From: a virus | Taxonomy: Duplodnaviria; Caudoviricetes | Length of the DNA stretch: 64,000 nt | IMG/VR virus record: IMGVR_UViG_3300033066_001054 | Strand: one strand, 5' to 3' | Shown: one piece after another, positions 27,782 to 37,826 of the stretch | Numbering within the stretch: position 1 is the stretch's first letter | Layout of the letters: each line of letters begins with the position of its first letter | Notes under the pieces: generated by a model | What the model was told of the DNA's origin: nothing | Seen by the model: only the letters and a program-made list of their open reading frames with translations | Databases searched by the model: none | Made by a program: the position numbers and the translations under genes

Positions 27782-28699
27782 TCAGACCATCGCAAGTTCT
27801 TTTGAATTCGGCAACGGCGTGTTCAAGGCTGATACGATTTCATCAGCGAAATTCTCTTTCGGTCTACACCAAGATGTGTGCTCGTAGTTGACCTTATTTG
27901 CGCTTGATTCGTATTTCTTTGGATTGTGCCTGAGCAAAAGTTTCTGTGCTAATAGTGTATCTGCTATTGGGATATTGGTTCCCATGTGTCCGCAAAATGC
28001 TTGTTCAACCTTATTCTTATCACCGAGGCGCAAAACGTTGCCATGAAGTGTATACAAAAGCCGGTATTTGATGCCGCATTTTGATACAACATCAAACCAT
28101 CCTTGCTTCTTCAGTGAACGCTTTTGCACTGGCGACAAGTGTTCCCAAAGCAAATGAATTGCTCGGTGAGTAGCCTTGGCCCGGAGCATTGCATTTCGCT
28201 CAATCTCTGCTTCACGTGCCCGACGTTGCTCTTCGAGTAATTCTCTCTCTTCCTCAGTGAGTTCTCGAGATGTAATCCCACCCAGCATTGCGCCGAAATA
28301 GTTCGATGTATCACTTGATGCAATGTACTGAAGCACCTGGCCCGAAGCAGTACACCCCTCAGCGGTACTGAGTATCAGATTTTGCAGTTCGGTATTTGAA
28401 CTGCCTGGCGTCATTGCCAGCCTCACTGACCAATATGGATAAGACCCTTCAGTGGCGGTGGCGGTTATGTTTTGAACTACATAATTGCAATTTGAACCAG
28501 TGATAACTCTTGTGTTAGCCAAAAGTTCAATTGCCGCAGTGTCGTCTACTTCAAATTCATATACAGCACTTAGGGTTGTATCGGTTCGATACGCGGTAAT
28601 TGCCGTGTTGCTCATAGTCGAAAGATGCACGCTATGGCTGGTTCCAGAAGTAGCGCAACCTGACCAATACAACCCAAGAGAGTTGTTTGTCGAGGGCAT
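27782..28699 (-). CDS. Hypothetical protein (S/T-rich N-terminus, coiled coil, basic C-terminal domain)
   Basis: 305-aa ORF, TAATG-coupled to the upstream gene. Confidence 0.7.
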   Translation of the reverse strand: MPSTNNSLGLYWSGCATSGTSHSVHLSTMSNTAITAYRTDTTLSAVYEFEVDDTAAIELLANTRVITGSNCNYVVQNITATATEGSYPYWSVRLAMTPGSSNTELQNLILSTAEGCTASGQVLQYIASSDTSNYFGAMLGGITSRELTEEERELLEEQRRAREAEIERNAMLRAKATHRAIHLLWEHLSPVQKRSLKKQGWFDVVSKCGIKYRLLYTLHGNVLRLGDKNKVEQAFCGHMGTNIPIADTLLAQKLLLRHNPKKYESSANKVNYEHTSWCRPKENFADEIVSALNTPLPNSKELAMV

Positions 28700-28968
28700 T
28701 ATCCTTCTGGCGGACTTGGATACCCGGCCTTTACTGGCGGAGCAAAGATGATTTTCCCAGCATGGGGGTCAAACTCTGACATCTCGCCTTCTTCTATGCC
28801 AAACGGGTCTACGTAATATGCCATGAATCCTTCGGTTAGCTTTTTCTCGAAGAGCTGTTTGGCTCGGTCTACGTCATATTCATCATTAACGTTGAACTCA
28901 AAAGGCGTGTCTCCAGTCTCGTTCAATTCATGCATGATTAGCCTGCCGGCTGCTTGTGTAGCTTGCAT
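28699..28968 (-). CDS. Small hypothetical protein, probably leaderless
   Basis: TGCTATAAT extended -10 box 6 nt before ATG 28968. Confidence 0.7.
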   Translation of the reverse strand: MQATQAAGRLIMHELNETGDTPFEFNVNDEYDVDRAKQLFEKKLTEGFMAYYVDPFGIEEGEMSEFDPHAGKIIFAPPVKAGYPSPPEG

Positions 28969-28975
28969 ACTCATA

Positions 28976-29536
28976 TTATAGCACAAGTTTGCGCCAATCT
29001 GATGTTAGCATTGCACCAAGCAAGCCGGCTGTGTTCCATGCGTCCCAATCCGCACTGTGCTCCTGACCTTCCCACGTGAGTCCAAATGCCTCAACAGCAC
29101 GGCGCAATCCAACGTTTTTGTAGCTATTGAATGCCAATTTTGTTAATGTGGCAACATCAATACACTCGTCAGACAAGAACATGTCGCAATTGGCGAATTC
29201 ACACTCTTTTTTCACGCAATCCCAGTCGTCACCATAGACAGCAGTAGCGTACTGCTTCATCCCCATGTTGGTCATTCGTGCGCTAGTAATAGCCAGAGAT
29301 TGGCCTCGACGCACATCCGCAGGCGTAATTCCTGTTAGGTCTGTACAGTATGTGCTGATTGTCGAGTTTTCTGGCTTGACATACAGCATGTCACGACCAG
29401 AGCGTTCGCCTGTTTTTGGGTTCAGAAAACACCAACCAATTTGAATGATTTCAGGAAACATTCCGTCTGGAGGTGTTCCGTCCCAGCAGGTGAGCTCGAG
29501 GTCGAAGACCAATATCTTATCAGCGCGACGAATCAT
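28976..29536 (-). CDS. DEDDh 3'-5' exonuclease (ERI1/KapD-like)
   Basis: VFDLELTCW, EIIQIG, LTGIT and HSADWDAWNT motifs; start ATG 29536 lies 6 nt after TATCAT. Confidence 0.9.
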   Translation of the reverse strand: MIRRADKILVFDLELTCWDGTPPDGMFPEIIQIGWCFLNPKTGERSGRDMLYVKPENSTISTYCTDLTGITPADVRRGQSLAITSARMTNMGMKQYATAVYGDDWDCVKKECEFANCDMFLSDECIDVATLTKLAFNSYKNVGLRRAVEAFGLTWEGQEHSADWDAWNTAGLLGAMLTSDWRKLVL

Positions 29537-29551
29537 TTTCTTATGATACCC

Positions 29552-29579
29552 GTAGGTAAGCGCACAATACAACCCTAAA
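29552..29579 (+). promoter_or_regulatory. Putative phage promoter GTAGGT-N16-CCTAAA
   Basis: Consensus match in the divergent intergenic region ahead of the fibre operon. Confidence 0.6.
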
Positions 29580-29614
29580 TGAAAATATAGGGCTTGCGCT
29601 CGAGGCAATACAAT

Positions 29615-30010
29615 ATGGCAAACACATTATACGACAAAGGGAGAGAGGCATTCTTAGCTGGTGACGCTGATTGGGACGCAAACACCATTAAGGTAAGTCT
29701 GCTTAGTGCATCTTACACTTTTTCACAAACACATGACTTTTTCAACGACATCACAGGCGTTGTGGCTACGTCATCTGCTCTTGGAAGCAAAACGGTCACC
29801 GATGGTGTTGCTGATGCCGCTGATGTAACTTTCTCTGCTGTAAGTGGTTCGCAGGTAACACAGTTTATCATTTGGGCAGATACGGGTGTGGCTGGAACCA
29901 GCCGATTGTTGGTTTACTTTGACTCAGCAACAAACTTGCCGGTGACGCCAAACGGTGGTGACATCACTATTCAGTGGTCAAACGGTTCAGACAAAATATT
30001 CAAACTTTAA
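29615..30010 (+). CDS. Probable minor tail/virion structural protein
   Basis: MANTLYDKGREAFL...TIKVSLL...DAADVTF...LPVTPNGGDITIQW resembles small phage tail-associated proteins; GAGG SD. Confidence 0.65.
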   Translation: MANTLYDKGREAFLAGDADWDANTIKVSLLSASYTFSQTHDFFNDITGVVATSSALGSKTVTDGVADAADVTFSAVSGSQVTQFIIWADTGVAGTSRLLVYFDSATNLPVTPNGGDITIQWSNGSDKIFKL

Positions 30011-30019
30011 GGTGTAAAA

Positions 30020-30295
30020 ATGGCAGATTATAGCAATTGGACAATGGAACAAATTCTCGAGCTAAAGCGCAGCAAAGAGGTCGAATGGCAATCATTGCGA
30101 GAAGAAATTCGCGCACTGGCAAGGGCAGAAGAGCGACTGGTAAGATTTGACGAACTTAAGCGACGCATGGGTGACAGTGTAACCATTGAAGACCTTGAGA
30201 TGCTTTCGGATATTCTTAACACTCCGTCTGGACAAAGCGTAAGCGTCGATGGTATTGATGCTTCTGGAAATGTCGGTGAGCCGGGCAAAGACTAA
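30020..30295 (+). CDS. Small coiled-coil hypothetical protein
   Basis: 91 aa, AAGGTG upstream. Confidence 0.65.
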   Translation: MADYSNWTMEQILELKRSKEVEWQSLREEIRALARAEERLVRFDELKRRMGDSVTIEDLEMLSDILNTPSGQSVSVDGIDASGNVGEPGKD

Positions 30296-30297
30296 AC

Positions 30298-30492
30298 ATG
30301 TTGACAATTGAGGCAGAAACATTGGTTGAGACTGGTGGTGTTCGGTATCGAACTATCACCGGAGGAGATTATGAAGAGTCAGGATTGGTAGAAGTCTACC
30401 GAGAAGGTGACGAACAGAAAAACTCAATTGGTGCCTTTCAGGCACATTACATTGTCCACGGATATCATGTTGGAGAACCACCTCCAAACTAA
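30298..30492 (+). CDS. Small hypothetical protein
   Basis: 64-aa ORF packed in the operon. Confidence 0.55.
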   Translation: MLTIEAETLVETGGVRYRTITGGDYEESGLVEVYREGDEQKNSIGAFQAHYIVHGYHVGEPPPN

Positions 30493-30504
30493 AGAGAGAA
30501 CAAT

Positions 30505-32952
30505 ATGGCAAGAGTTTCAGTAGAACACAGATTCACCGGAACAACAGGCCCAATTGATAGTCTTTCAGCACCTACAGTTAGCGTTACAAACATCGGTGCC
30601 ACCGGTGCCACGACATATGGATATCGAGTATCGGCTATCAACAGTGTTGGGGAAACATTGGCCTCGAGTACGGTAACCACCGCGACGGGCAACTCGTCAT
30701 TGACAGGGTCTAACTACAACAGAATTAGCTGGACTAGGGTAATTGGCGCGACAGGATACAAGGTTTACGGACGAACTTCTGGTTCCGAGTTGCTTATGGC
30801 AACCGTTACAACAGCAAATCATTATGATGACACAGGCGCGGTAACGCCATCTGGGGCATTGCCAAGTACAAACACCACAGGGTATTCGTCGTCTAGAACA
30901 TCTATTGGCACCCTGATGCGACAACAAACTGGCACTGCCGATATTGATAAATGGGTTGGCCCATTCCCTGTTGGAATCAGTCGACCCATGGAAGGCAGCA
31001 CTCAGATTCCAGGCATTATGCCGCATGTTATTAGGTGGAGTGGTGATATTGATTGGATTTTCTTGGCCGATAACGCCACCGCAACGACAAGTCGTAGAAT
31101 AGTATTCTACACATACACTCGGTCAACTAATACACTTGCATGGGAGGGCTTTGTCACAATTACCCATCCAAGCGGCACCAACGCCACTATACGTGGATTT
31201 AGAATGGTGTACGACACCTACACTACTGGAACAGTGAGCGTGACCGGAACATCGGTAACCGGAAGTGGTTCAGCTTGGTCAACAAACAGAATTGCTGTTG
31301 GTAGTCGGATTGGATTTGGTTCAACAGACCCAAACTATATTACAAGATGGTATGAAATCTCGGCTATTGGTTCTGACACGGGTATAACACTCGCCGTAGC
31401 GGTTGACGCAAGCGTTGCCGCAAACACACCATATGTCATAGAAGAACTTAGAGTAGTTATGGCTCAAACCAATAACACCGCAACTTCTGGTGGTTTGTTC
31501 GTAGCAAAGGGATTAAGGCCAGAGTTGTTTATCACCTCTGGCACTGCAATTGCGGCTGCTACAACCACCGACAATCAAAGAGCGTGTTATTGGCTTGCAG
31601 ACGCCTCTACTGTTACAAATACAACCTCTCTGGGATTTGGTCTCCAGGCTAAGACCTCATATACAGCACAAAACGTATATGTTTTGGATGGAACATCTGC
31701 ATGTAAGGTGTTTGTTTACAATATCAGGGCGTCATTAACTGGTTTAGCGTCTGGAAAATCAACTTCTGCTCTGTCTTTCTCAACTGGAACACAAACGCTT
31801 ACTGGAACGGCCGGCCAGGTAAATAATGGAAGAATGGGCACGCTGTCTCATGGCCCGGGTTCAGGTATTGAGTGCCTATATTTCTGCACTGGTACTCGTG
31901 TGTATCGAGCCAAAATTACAGATATTGTCAGCGGTTCAACTGTATGGATTTCAGACTGTATGGTTGAGATACCTACGGGTAGCGCAAGTACATATGCCGC
32001 AACCGGTGTGTTGAGCAGTGTGGAGGTAGCGGACTCATTAGACAGGTTAATTATTACTTCTACTGGTGCGTCCGGTGTGAGGCATTACGTTACAAAATAC
32101 CAAACCAATGTAGAACAATTCGATTTGATTTGGGGAGTTGACATAAAACAAATTGACCAAACACTTGCCGACGCCAATACACCGATTGTGCCAGGCAATA
32201 TTCTCGCTACACCATTTACCGTTTGGTCTGAGGCAGGATTAACATACTTGGCCCGCGTAGGCACTGCAGCCACAAACAATCATCTATACGTAGTTCCATT
32301 TGGGGCACATTGGGGATTTCAGTCTGCTGCGCCAACGCAGCGAGTTATCACTCCAGAAATCAGCACACCAAATTGTTTTATGTTTCACAGGGCATGTATG
32401 TCATTTGTGAAAAAACTAGGGGCTGATAAGTTTTCCATATCACCAGAACCAATCAAAATGTTCTATCGAACGAATGGAATTACGGACAATAGTGGTACAT
32501 GGTATGAACTTGATGACTATGCAGATTTATCCGGTGTTGCGCCATCTTCCAGTATACAGTTTATGTTTGAATTCAAAATCATAGGCAATTACTGTGTTCC
32601 AGGTAGGCTGCTGGGGTGTGAGGTTATGTACGAGATTGAAGACACATTGCCGTCACACCTTCAATGGAACCTTAACGATTCCAATAACTCTAATGGCACA
32701 GTTGGGTTTATTCAAAAATCCACTTATGGAAGTGTGCCCAATTTGGAAATCAACTACTATCGCTCAGATAACGATGTTAACTTACTCACGCAAGACAGTA
32801 CATCTAGCACATATGGAGCATTTGAGTATTGGACAGGTGCGGCATGGGCAGCAGGGCTAGGTTCTGATGCAGTTAACCAAAGAAGAAGATTTGTGCCATC
32901 ATCTGGATTGCCAGCAAGCACGAACGTCTACGCTAAAATCAAGGTGATATAA
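30505..32952 (+). CDS. Tail fibre/spike-like protein, paralogue 1
   Basis: T/S/G-rich; N-terminal FN3-like module; GTVSVTGTSVTGSGSAW motif; colinear with the next two genes. Confidence 0.7.
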   Translation: MARVSVEHRFTGTTGPIDSLSAPTVSVTNIGATGATTYGYRVSAINSVGETLASSTVTTATGNSSLTGSNYNRISWTRVIGATGYKVYGRTSGSELLMATVTTANHYDDTGAVTPSGALPSTNTTGYSSSRTSIGTLMRQQTGTADIDKWVGPFPVGISRPMEGSTQIPGIMPHVIRWSGDIDWIFLADNATATTSRRIVFYTYTRSTNTLAWEGFVTITHPSGTNATIRGFRMVYDTYTTGTVSVTGTSVTGSGSAWSTNRIAVGSRIGFGSTDPNYITRWYEISAIGSDTGITLAVAVDASVAANTPYVIEELRVVMAQTNNTATSGGLFVAKGLRPELFITSGTAIAAATTTDNQRACYWLADASTVTNTTSLGFGLQAKTSYTAQNVYVLDGTSACKVFVYNIRASLTGLASGKSTSALSFSTGTQTLTGTAGQVNNGRMGTLSHGPGSGIECLYFCTGTRVYRAKITDIVSGSTVWISDCMVEIPTGSASTYAATGVLSSVEVADSLDRLIITSTGASGVRHYVTKYQTNVEQFDLIWGVDIKQIDQTLADANTPIVPGNILATPFTVWSEAGLTYLARVGTAATNNHLYVVPFGAHWGFQSAAPTQRVITPEISTPNCFMFHRACMSFVKKLGADKFSISPEPIKMFYRTNGITDNSGTWYELDDYADLSGVAPSSSIQFMFEFKIIGNYCVPGRLLGCEVMYEIEDTLPSHLQWNLNDSNNSNGTVGFIQKSTYGSVPNLEINYYRSDNDVNLLTQDSTSSTYGAFEYWTGAAWAAGLGSDAVNQRRRFVPSSGLPASTNVYAKIKVI

Positions 32953-35396
32953 TGGGTAAGGTAGTGGTCGAATCAGTATTTAGCACTGCCTCTTTTGCGC
33001 CAATTGATACGATAGGCACGCCAACTGGTGTCGCAGTAACAAATGTTGGCACTGCAGGTGCTACAACATACGGATATCGAATATCTGCGGTTAATAGTGT
33101 CGGAGAAACACTTGCGTCATCAAGTACAACAACCACTACCGGAAATGCCGCCCTCAGTGCTTCTAACTTCAATAGGATTGCCTGGAGTCGAGTGATGGAT
33201 GCCGCGTCTTACAAGATTTATGGCAGGACTAATGGTTCAGAATTGTATATGGGCACCACAACTGGTCTGCATTTCGATGACACCGGTGCTGTTACCCCAT
33301 CTGGTGCTTTGCCTGGCTCAGATACGTCAAAATATGATTCAACAAAGGTGTGTATAGGTACGGCACTCGAATACCAGTCATCGGACAAAAGCGTTGGTCC
33401 ATTGCCCGTACAAATTGCTAGACCATCAGAAGGCAATATTCAAGTACCAATAAACTTTGTTACCGCAGTCACGTGGAGCAGCAATATTGATTGGATTTTT
33501 GGTGCTGACGCTGCAAGTGCTGCGGCCACAAGACGAATTGTCATGTTTGAATACAATCGGAGTACTGGTGTGCTTACGAGTCGCGGTTTTATCACACTTA
33601 CATACCCTCCTGCAACCAACCATACCATTCGAGGAATTGCTGTTGGATATGATGTGTACACCAAAGGTTCTGTGGCTGTCACTGGAACTGCTGTTACCGG
33701 CACTGGGTCTACATGGACAACAGACCGCCTGGCTGTGGGCAGTCGTATAGGATTTGGTTCTACGGACCCCTCTCAAATTACCAGATGGTATGAGATTTCT
33801 GCTGTTGGAACTGACACAAGTATTACGCTTACTGCGTCAATTGACGCCACCATTGCCGCTGGTTCAGCATATTGTATTGAAGACCTTAGAATTTACACAA
33901 CCACCACAAATGCCACATCAACCAACGGAGGACTGTTTGTGGTTAAGGGCCTAAAACCTGAAGTTTTTACCTATGCAGGAACTACAATATCAGCCGCTAC
34001 GAATGCCGATAGCATCCGTGCAGTTTACTGGCTGGCAGATGCGTCTACGGTCACTAATACTGGCTCGTGTGGTGCGTGCTTAGAAACCAAGGCAAGCTGG
34101 ACTTCACAATTTTTGTATGTTTTAGACAACGCATCAAATAGCAAGTTTTACAAATACAACGTGCGTGCCGCGCTTACGCCAGCATCTGGAAAAGATACAA
34201 CGTCTTTGAATTTACAAACAGGAACATCTGCTGTTACAGGAGTCATACAATCATTCAACAATGGTCGACTCGTAACAACGGGGCATGGGCCAGGAAGCGG
34301 TGCATCTTGCATATATTACACGACTGCTTCAAGGGTGTATAGAGCCGCTGTATCTGGTATCACTGCAGCAAGCACTACATTCAACAACGACAACATGACC
34401 GAGGTGCCGCCCGGTGGAACCAGTACATATGCTGCGACTTCGGCTATTCAGGGAATAGACTACATATATGGAATCGACAGATTTGCTGTGTACACCACCA
34501 GCAGCGGTTCTACACGCCATTATGTTACACAATACCAAACCGGCGGAAGTCAGTTTGATAGTATTTTCTCAGTAGATAGCAAGCAAATAGACCACACACT
34601 ATGCAACCCAGAGATGGCACCACCATCATTGGTTCAGAATACAAGTGTTAACGTGACGTCATTCACAAACTATAACACTACGTATTTTACTAAAGGCGGA
34701 GGAACTGGATTGCTGTCTTGGCTGTATACTTGTAATTTTGGCAGTGATTATGCATTTACGCATATTTCAGGCAACGACCAGTCTATCATAACACCAGAAA
34801 TGACATGTACTGGCAACGTGATGTTTTATCGTGTCTATGTCAATCACTTAAGAGCACATGGTTCAGACAAATACAACCATATACCTGCTGAACCTTTCAA
34901 AATCTGGTATCGCACTAGTGGTATTAGTGACAATAGCGGCGGGTGGACTTTGGTCCCTGCCGGGGGAGTGTTAACTGGTGTAACCGCAACCAGCTCTATT
35001 CAATTCAGAATACGATTCAAAACAATTGGGGCACATTGTCTCCCAACCAAGATATATGGCGTATGTGTTGTGTATGAATCCTCGGCTGATATGCCATCAC
35101 ACCTAAAATGGAATTTTGCTGATACAAATAACAGTACTGGTACTGTTGGATTTGTGCAATGTTGTTATTATGGCAGTGTCCCAAACTTACAAATTGACTA
35201 CTACAGAGCAGATACAGATGCTAACGTATTGTCCCAGGCTAGTACAAGTAGTACTAATGGTGTTTTTGAATATTGGGATGGTTCTGCATGGACGGCTGGT
35301 CTGGGTACAGATACAATTGATATACGACGCAGGTTTAGGCCAACGGCGTCGTTACCAACCGGTGTCAATGTCTACGCAAGGGTGAAGGTAATTTAA
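32952..35396 (+). CDS. Tail fibre/spike-like protein, paralogue 2
   Basis: Shares GSRIGFGSTDP, YWLADASTVTNT, HGPG and PSHL.WN blocks; TAATG coupling. Confidence 0.7.
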   Translation: MGKVVVESVFSTASFAPIDTIGTPTGVAVTNVGTAGATTYGYRISAVNSVGETLASSSTTTTTGNAALSASNFNRIAWSRVMDAASYKIYGRTNGSELYMGTTTGLHFDDTGAVTPSGALPGSDTSKYDSTKVCIGTALEYQSSDKSVGPLPVQIARPSEGNIQVPINFVTAVTWSSNIDWIFGADAASAAATRRIVMFEYNRSTGVLTSRGFITLTYPPATNHTIRGIAVGYDVYTKGSVAVTGTAVTGTGSTWTTDRLAVGSRIGFGSTDPSQITRWYEISAVGTDTSITLTASIDATIAAGSAYCIEDLRIYTTTTNATSTNGGLFVVKGLKPEVFTYAGTTISAATNADSIRAVYWLADASTVTNTGSCGACLETKASWTSQFLYVLDNASNSKFYKYNVRAALTPASGKDTTSLNLQTGTSAVTGVIQSFNNGRLVTTGHGPGSGASCIYYTTASRVYRAAVSGITAASTTFNNDNMTEVPPGGTSTYAATSAIQGIDYIYGIDRFAVYTTSSGSTRHYVTQYQTGGSQFDSIFSVDSKQIDHTLCNPEMAPPSLVQNTSVNVTSFTNYNTTYFTKGGGTGLLSWLYTCNFGSDYAFTHISGNDQSIITPEMTCTGNVMFYRVYVNHLRAHGSDKYNHIPAEPFKIWYRTSGISDNSGGWTLVPAGGVLTGVTATSSIQFRIRFKTIGAHCLPTKIYGVCVVYESSADMPSHLKWNFADTNNSTGTVGFVQCCYYGSVPNLQIDYYRADTDANVLSQASTSSTNGVFEYWDGSAWTAGLGTDTIDIRRRFRPTASLPTGVNVYARVKVI

Positions 35397-37810
35397 TGGC
35401 TAAAATTGCAGTAGAACATGTTTTTGGAAGTGCCACTGTACCATTAGTGCCACTCGAGGAACCAACCAATGTGTTGGTAACAAATTTTGGCACACCTGGT
35501 GCAACAACGTATACATATTACGTATCGGCATACAATACATATGGCGAAACTCTGGCCACAACAGCGATAACAACGACTGGTAACGGAACTCTTTCTGCAT
35601 CTAATTTCAATCGAATTTCATGGGATAAAGTGTGGGGTGCAACTGGATATTACGTTTACAATAGTTCTGGCGCATTTGCCCCAACTTCAAATTTACATTT
35701 TGATGACGTTGGTACTTCCTCAACAGCAAGAAGCCAACAAGAGTCAAACACCAGTGGATATAACTCACTGTATACATCTGCTGGCACGTTGATGTATCAA
35801 TCAGGAGGGGCCATTGGTCCAATGCCAGTTAAGGTTGCAAGACCGATGGGGCAATCAACGGCATTTCAGTGCGCATTTCCTTCTGTTGTATCATGGAGTC
35901 CTACGGTTGATTGGGTGTTTTTAATTGAAGGTAGTGCGGCGGCGGCGACGAGGCGGGCGATGCTTTACGAATTTGACCGCAGTACAGATGCGTTTACATG
36001 GAAGGGTTATGTCACATTAACATTTCCAACAGCTACAAACCATACAGTTCGCGGCTTTGCAATGACCTATGACATATATGCCACCGGTACTGTGAGTGTA
36101 TCTGGAACGGCAGTTACTGGTTCTGGCACCGCTTGGTCTACAAGTAGGCTTGCGGCAGGTTCGCGTATTGGATTTGGCTCAACAGACCCCAATCAAATTA
36201 GTACATGGTATGAAATCTCAACCATTGGTTCCGACACAAGTATAACCTTAACAGCAACTGCTGGTACAATATCGGCCAATAGTGTATATTGCATCGAAGA
36301 CTTAAGAGCGGTTGTTTCAACCACTAACGCTACTGCGGCCAATGGCGGATTATTTGTAGCCAAGGGACTGAAGTATGAGAACTTTGTGTCGGGCGGCACC
36401 ACTATTTCAGCGGGCGTGTCGACAGATAATGTGCGTGCTGTATTTTGGCTTGCTGATGCCAGTACAGTAACAAATACCGTTGCTTGTGGCAATGCCGTAT
36501 CTGACAAAACAGATTGGAATACTCAATATTGTTACAGTATAGATACAACAGCAACACCAAAAGTATACAAGTATAACTTACGTGCTTCTTTATCTGGTTT
36601 GTCCTCTGGTAAATCAACATCAGCACTTGTTTTGATAACCGGAACTCAAACAGTTACTGGCACTACCTCTCAACAAAACAATGGCGAAGTAGTTGTGGCA
36701 AATCACGGACCCGGAAAGGATATTGAGTGCCTTTATTTCGTTACTACAACACGCGCCTATAGGGCAAAAACATCAGAAATTGTCAACGGCTCTACGGTGT
36801 GGATTGCAGACTGCTATGTAGAAATCCCGCCAGGTGGCACCAATACATTCGCCGCCACATCTGCGCTAGGATACATTGAACACACTGATTTTATGGATGA
36901 TTTTGTGGTGTATTCAACTGGTGCGACTTCTTTTCGTAGTTATATTACAGATTATGCTTCTGCCATTTATCCTTTTGAGTCAATGCTTGGTTATGACACT
37001 AAGCAATTAGACCAATCTGGCGCAGATGCAAATTCAGCTCCGCACCCTTCAATTGGTGTTTCTCAATTGGTTTCGTGGAATGAAGAAGGGATGCACTACG
37101 TTTTAAGGCAAAACTCTTCATCCACACTAAATCAATTGTATGCAGTACCGCTTGCTGCATGTTATACTCACGCATGGGAAAGCGGTCGTGAACAATATGT
37201 TATCACGCCAGCTCTGCCAACCCCAAATGGGGCGACTTTGTATCGAGCATATGCCAATACCCTTTTGGCGCACGGCGGCACAGATGCGTTAATGGTTGAG
37301 GCCGAACCTGTTAAAATATGGTACAGAACCGAAGGAATATATGATAACTCTGGTGTGTGGTACTTATTATCGGATAACGGTGATTTAACTGGTGTAAAGA
37401 CCGGCAAAGACATTCAATTTAGGCTTGCATTTAAGGTTATTGGCGGGCATCAACTGCCATCTAAAGCATATTCTGTTTGTGTGGTTTACGACACTGATAC
37501 AGATTTGCCATCACATTTACAATGGAATATGGGAGACACAAATTCAAGCACTGGCATTGTTGGTTTTATTCAAAAAGGAACTTACGGAAGCGTACCCAAT
37601 TTGCAAATATCATACTATCGTTCAGATAACGACCAGCTTATCTTAACCCAGGCAAGTACCGGTTCTACTTATGGTGCATTTGAGTACTGGAATGGTTCTT
37701 CGTGGGCATCTGGACTTGGTACTGACACCAACGGAATACGTCGAAGGTTCAACCCAACCATAGGTATCTTGACAGGAATTAACGTATATTGTAAATTGAA
37801 GGTGGTGTAA
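35396..37810 (+). CDS. Tail fibre/spike-like protein, paralogue 3
   Basis: Same conserved blocks; TAATG coupling. Confidence 0.7.
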   Translation: MAKIAVEHVFGSATVPLVPLEEPTNVLVTNFGTPGATTYTYYVSAYNTYGETLATTAITTTGNGTLSASNFNRISWDKVWGATGYYVYNSSGAFAPTSNLHFDDVGTSSTARSQQESNTSGYNSLYTSAGTLMYQSGGAIGPMPVKVARPMGQSTAFQCAFPSVVSWSPTVDWVFLIEGSAAAATRRAMLYEFDRSTDAFTWKGYVTLTFPTATNHTVRGFAMTYDIYATGTVSVSGTAVTGSGTAWSTSRLAAGSRIGFGSTDPNQISTWYEISTIGSDTSITLTATAGTISANSVYCIEDLRAVVSTTNATAANGGLFVAKGLKYENFVSGGTTISAGVSTDNVRAVFWLADASTVTNTVACGNAVSDKTDWNTQYCYSIDTTATPKVYKYNLRASLSGLSSGKSTSALVLITGTQTVTGTTSQQNNGEVVVANHGPGKDIECLYFVTTTRAYRAKTSEIVNGSTVWIADCYVEIPPGGTNTFAATSALGYIEHTDFMDDFVVYSTGATSFRSYITDYASAIYPFESMLGYDTKQLDQSGADANSAPHPSIGVSQLVSWNEEGMHYVLRQNSSSTLNQLYAVPLAACYTHAWESGREQYVITPALPTPNGATLYRAYANTLLAHGGTDALMVEAEPVKIWYRTEGIYDNSGVWYLLSDNGDLTGVKTGKDIQFRLAFKVIGGHQLPSKAYSVCVVYDTDTDLPSHLQWNMGDTNSSTGIVGFIQKGTYGSVPNLQISYYRSDNDQLILTQASTGSTYGAFEYWNGSSWASGLGTDTNGIRRRFNPTIGILTGINVYCKLKVV

Positions 37811-37826
37811 TTCACCGGGACAATAA

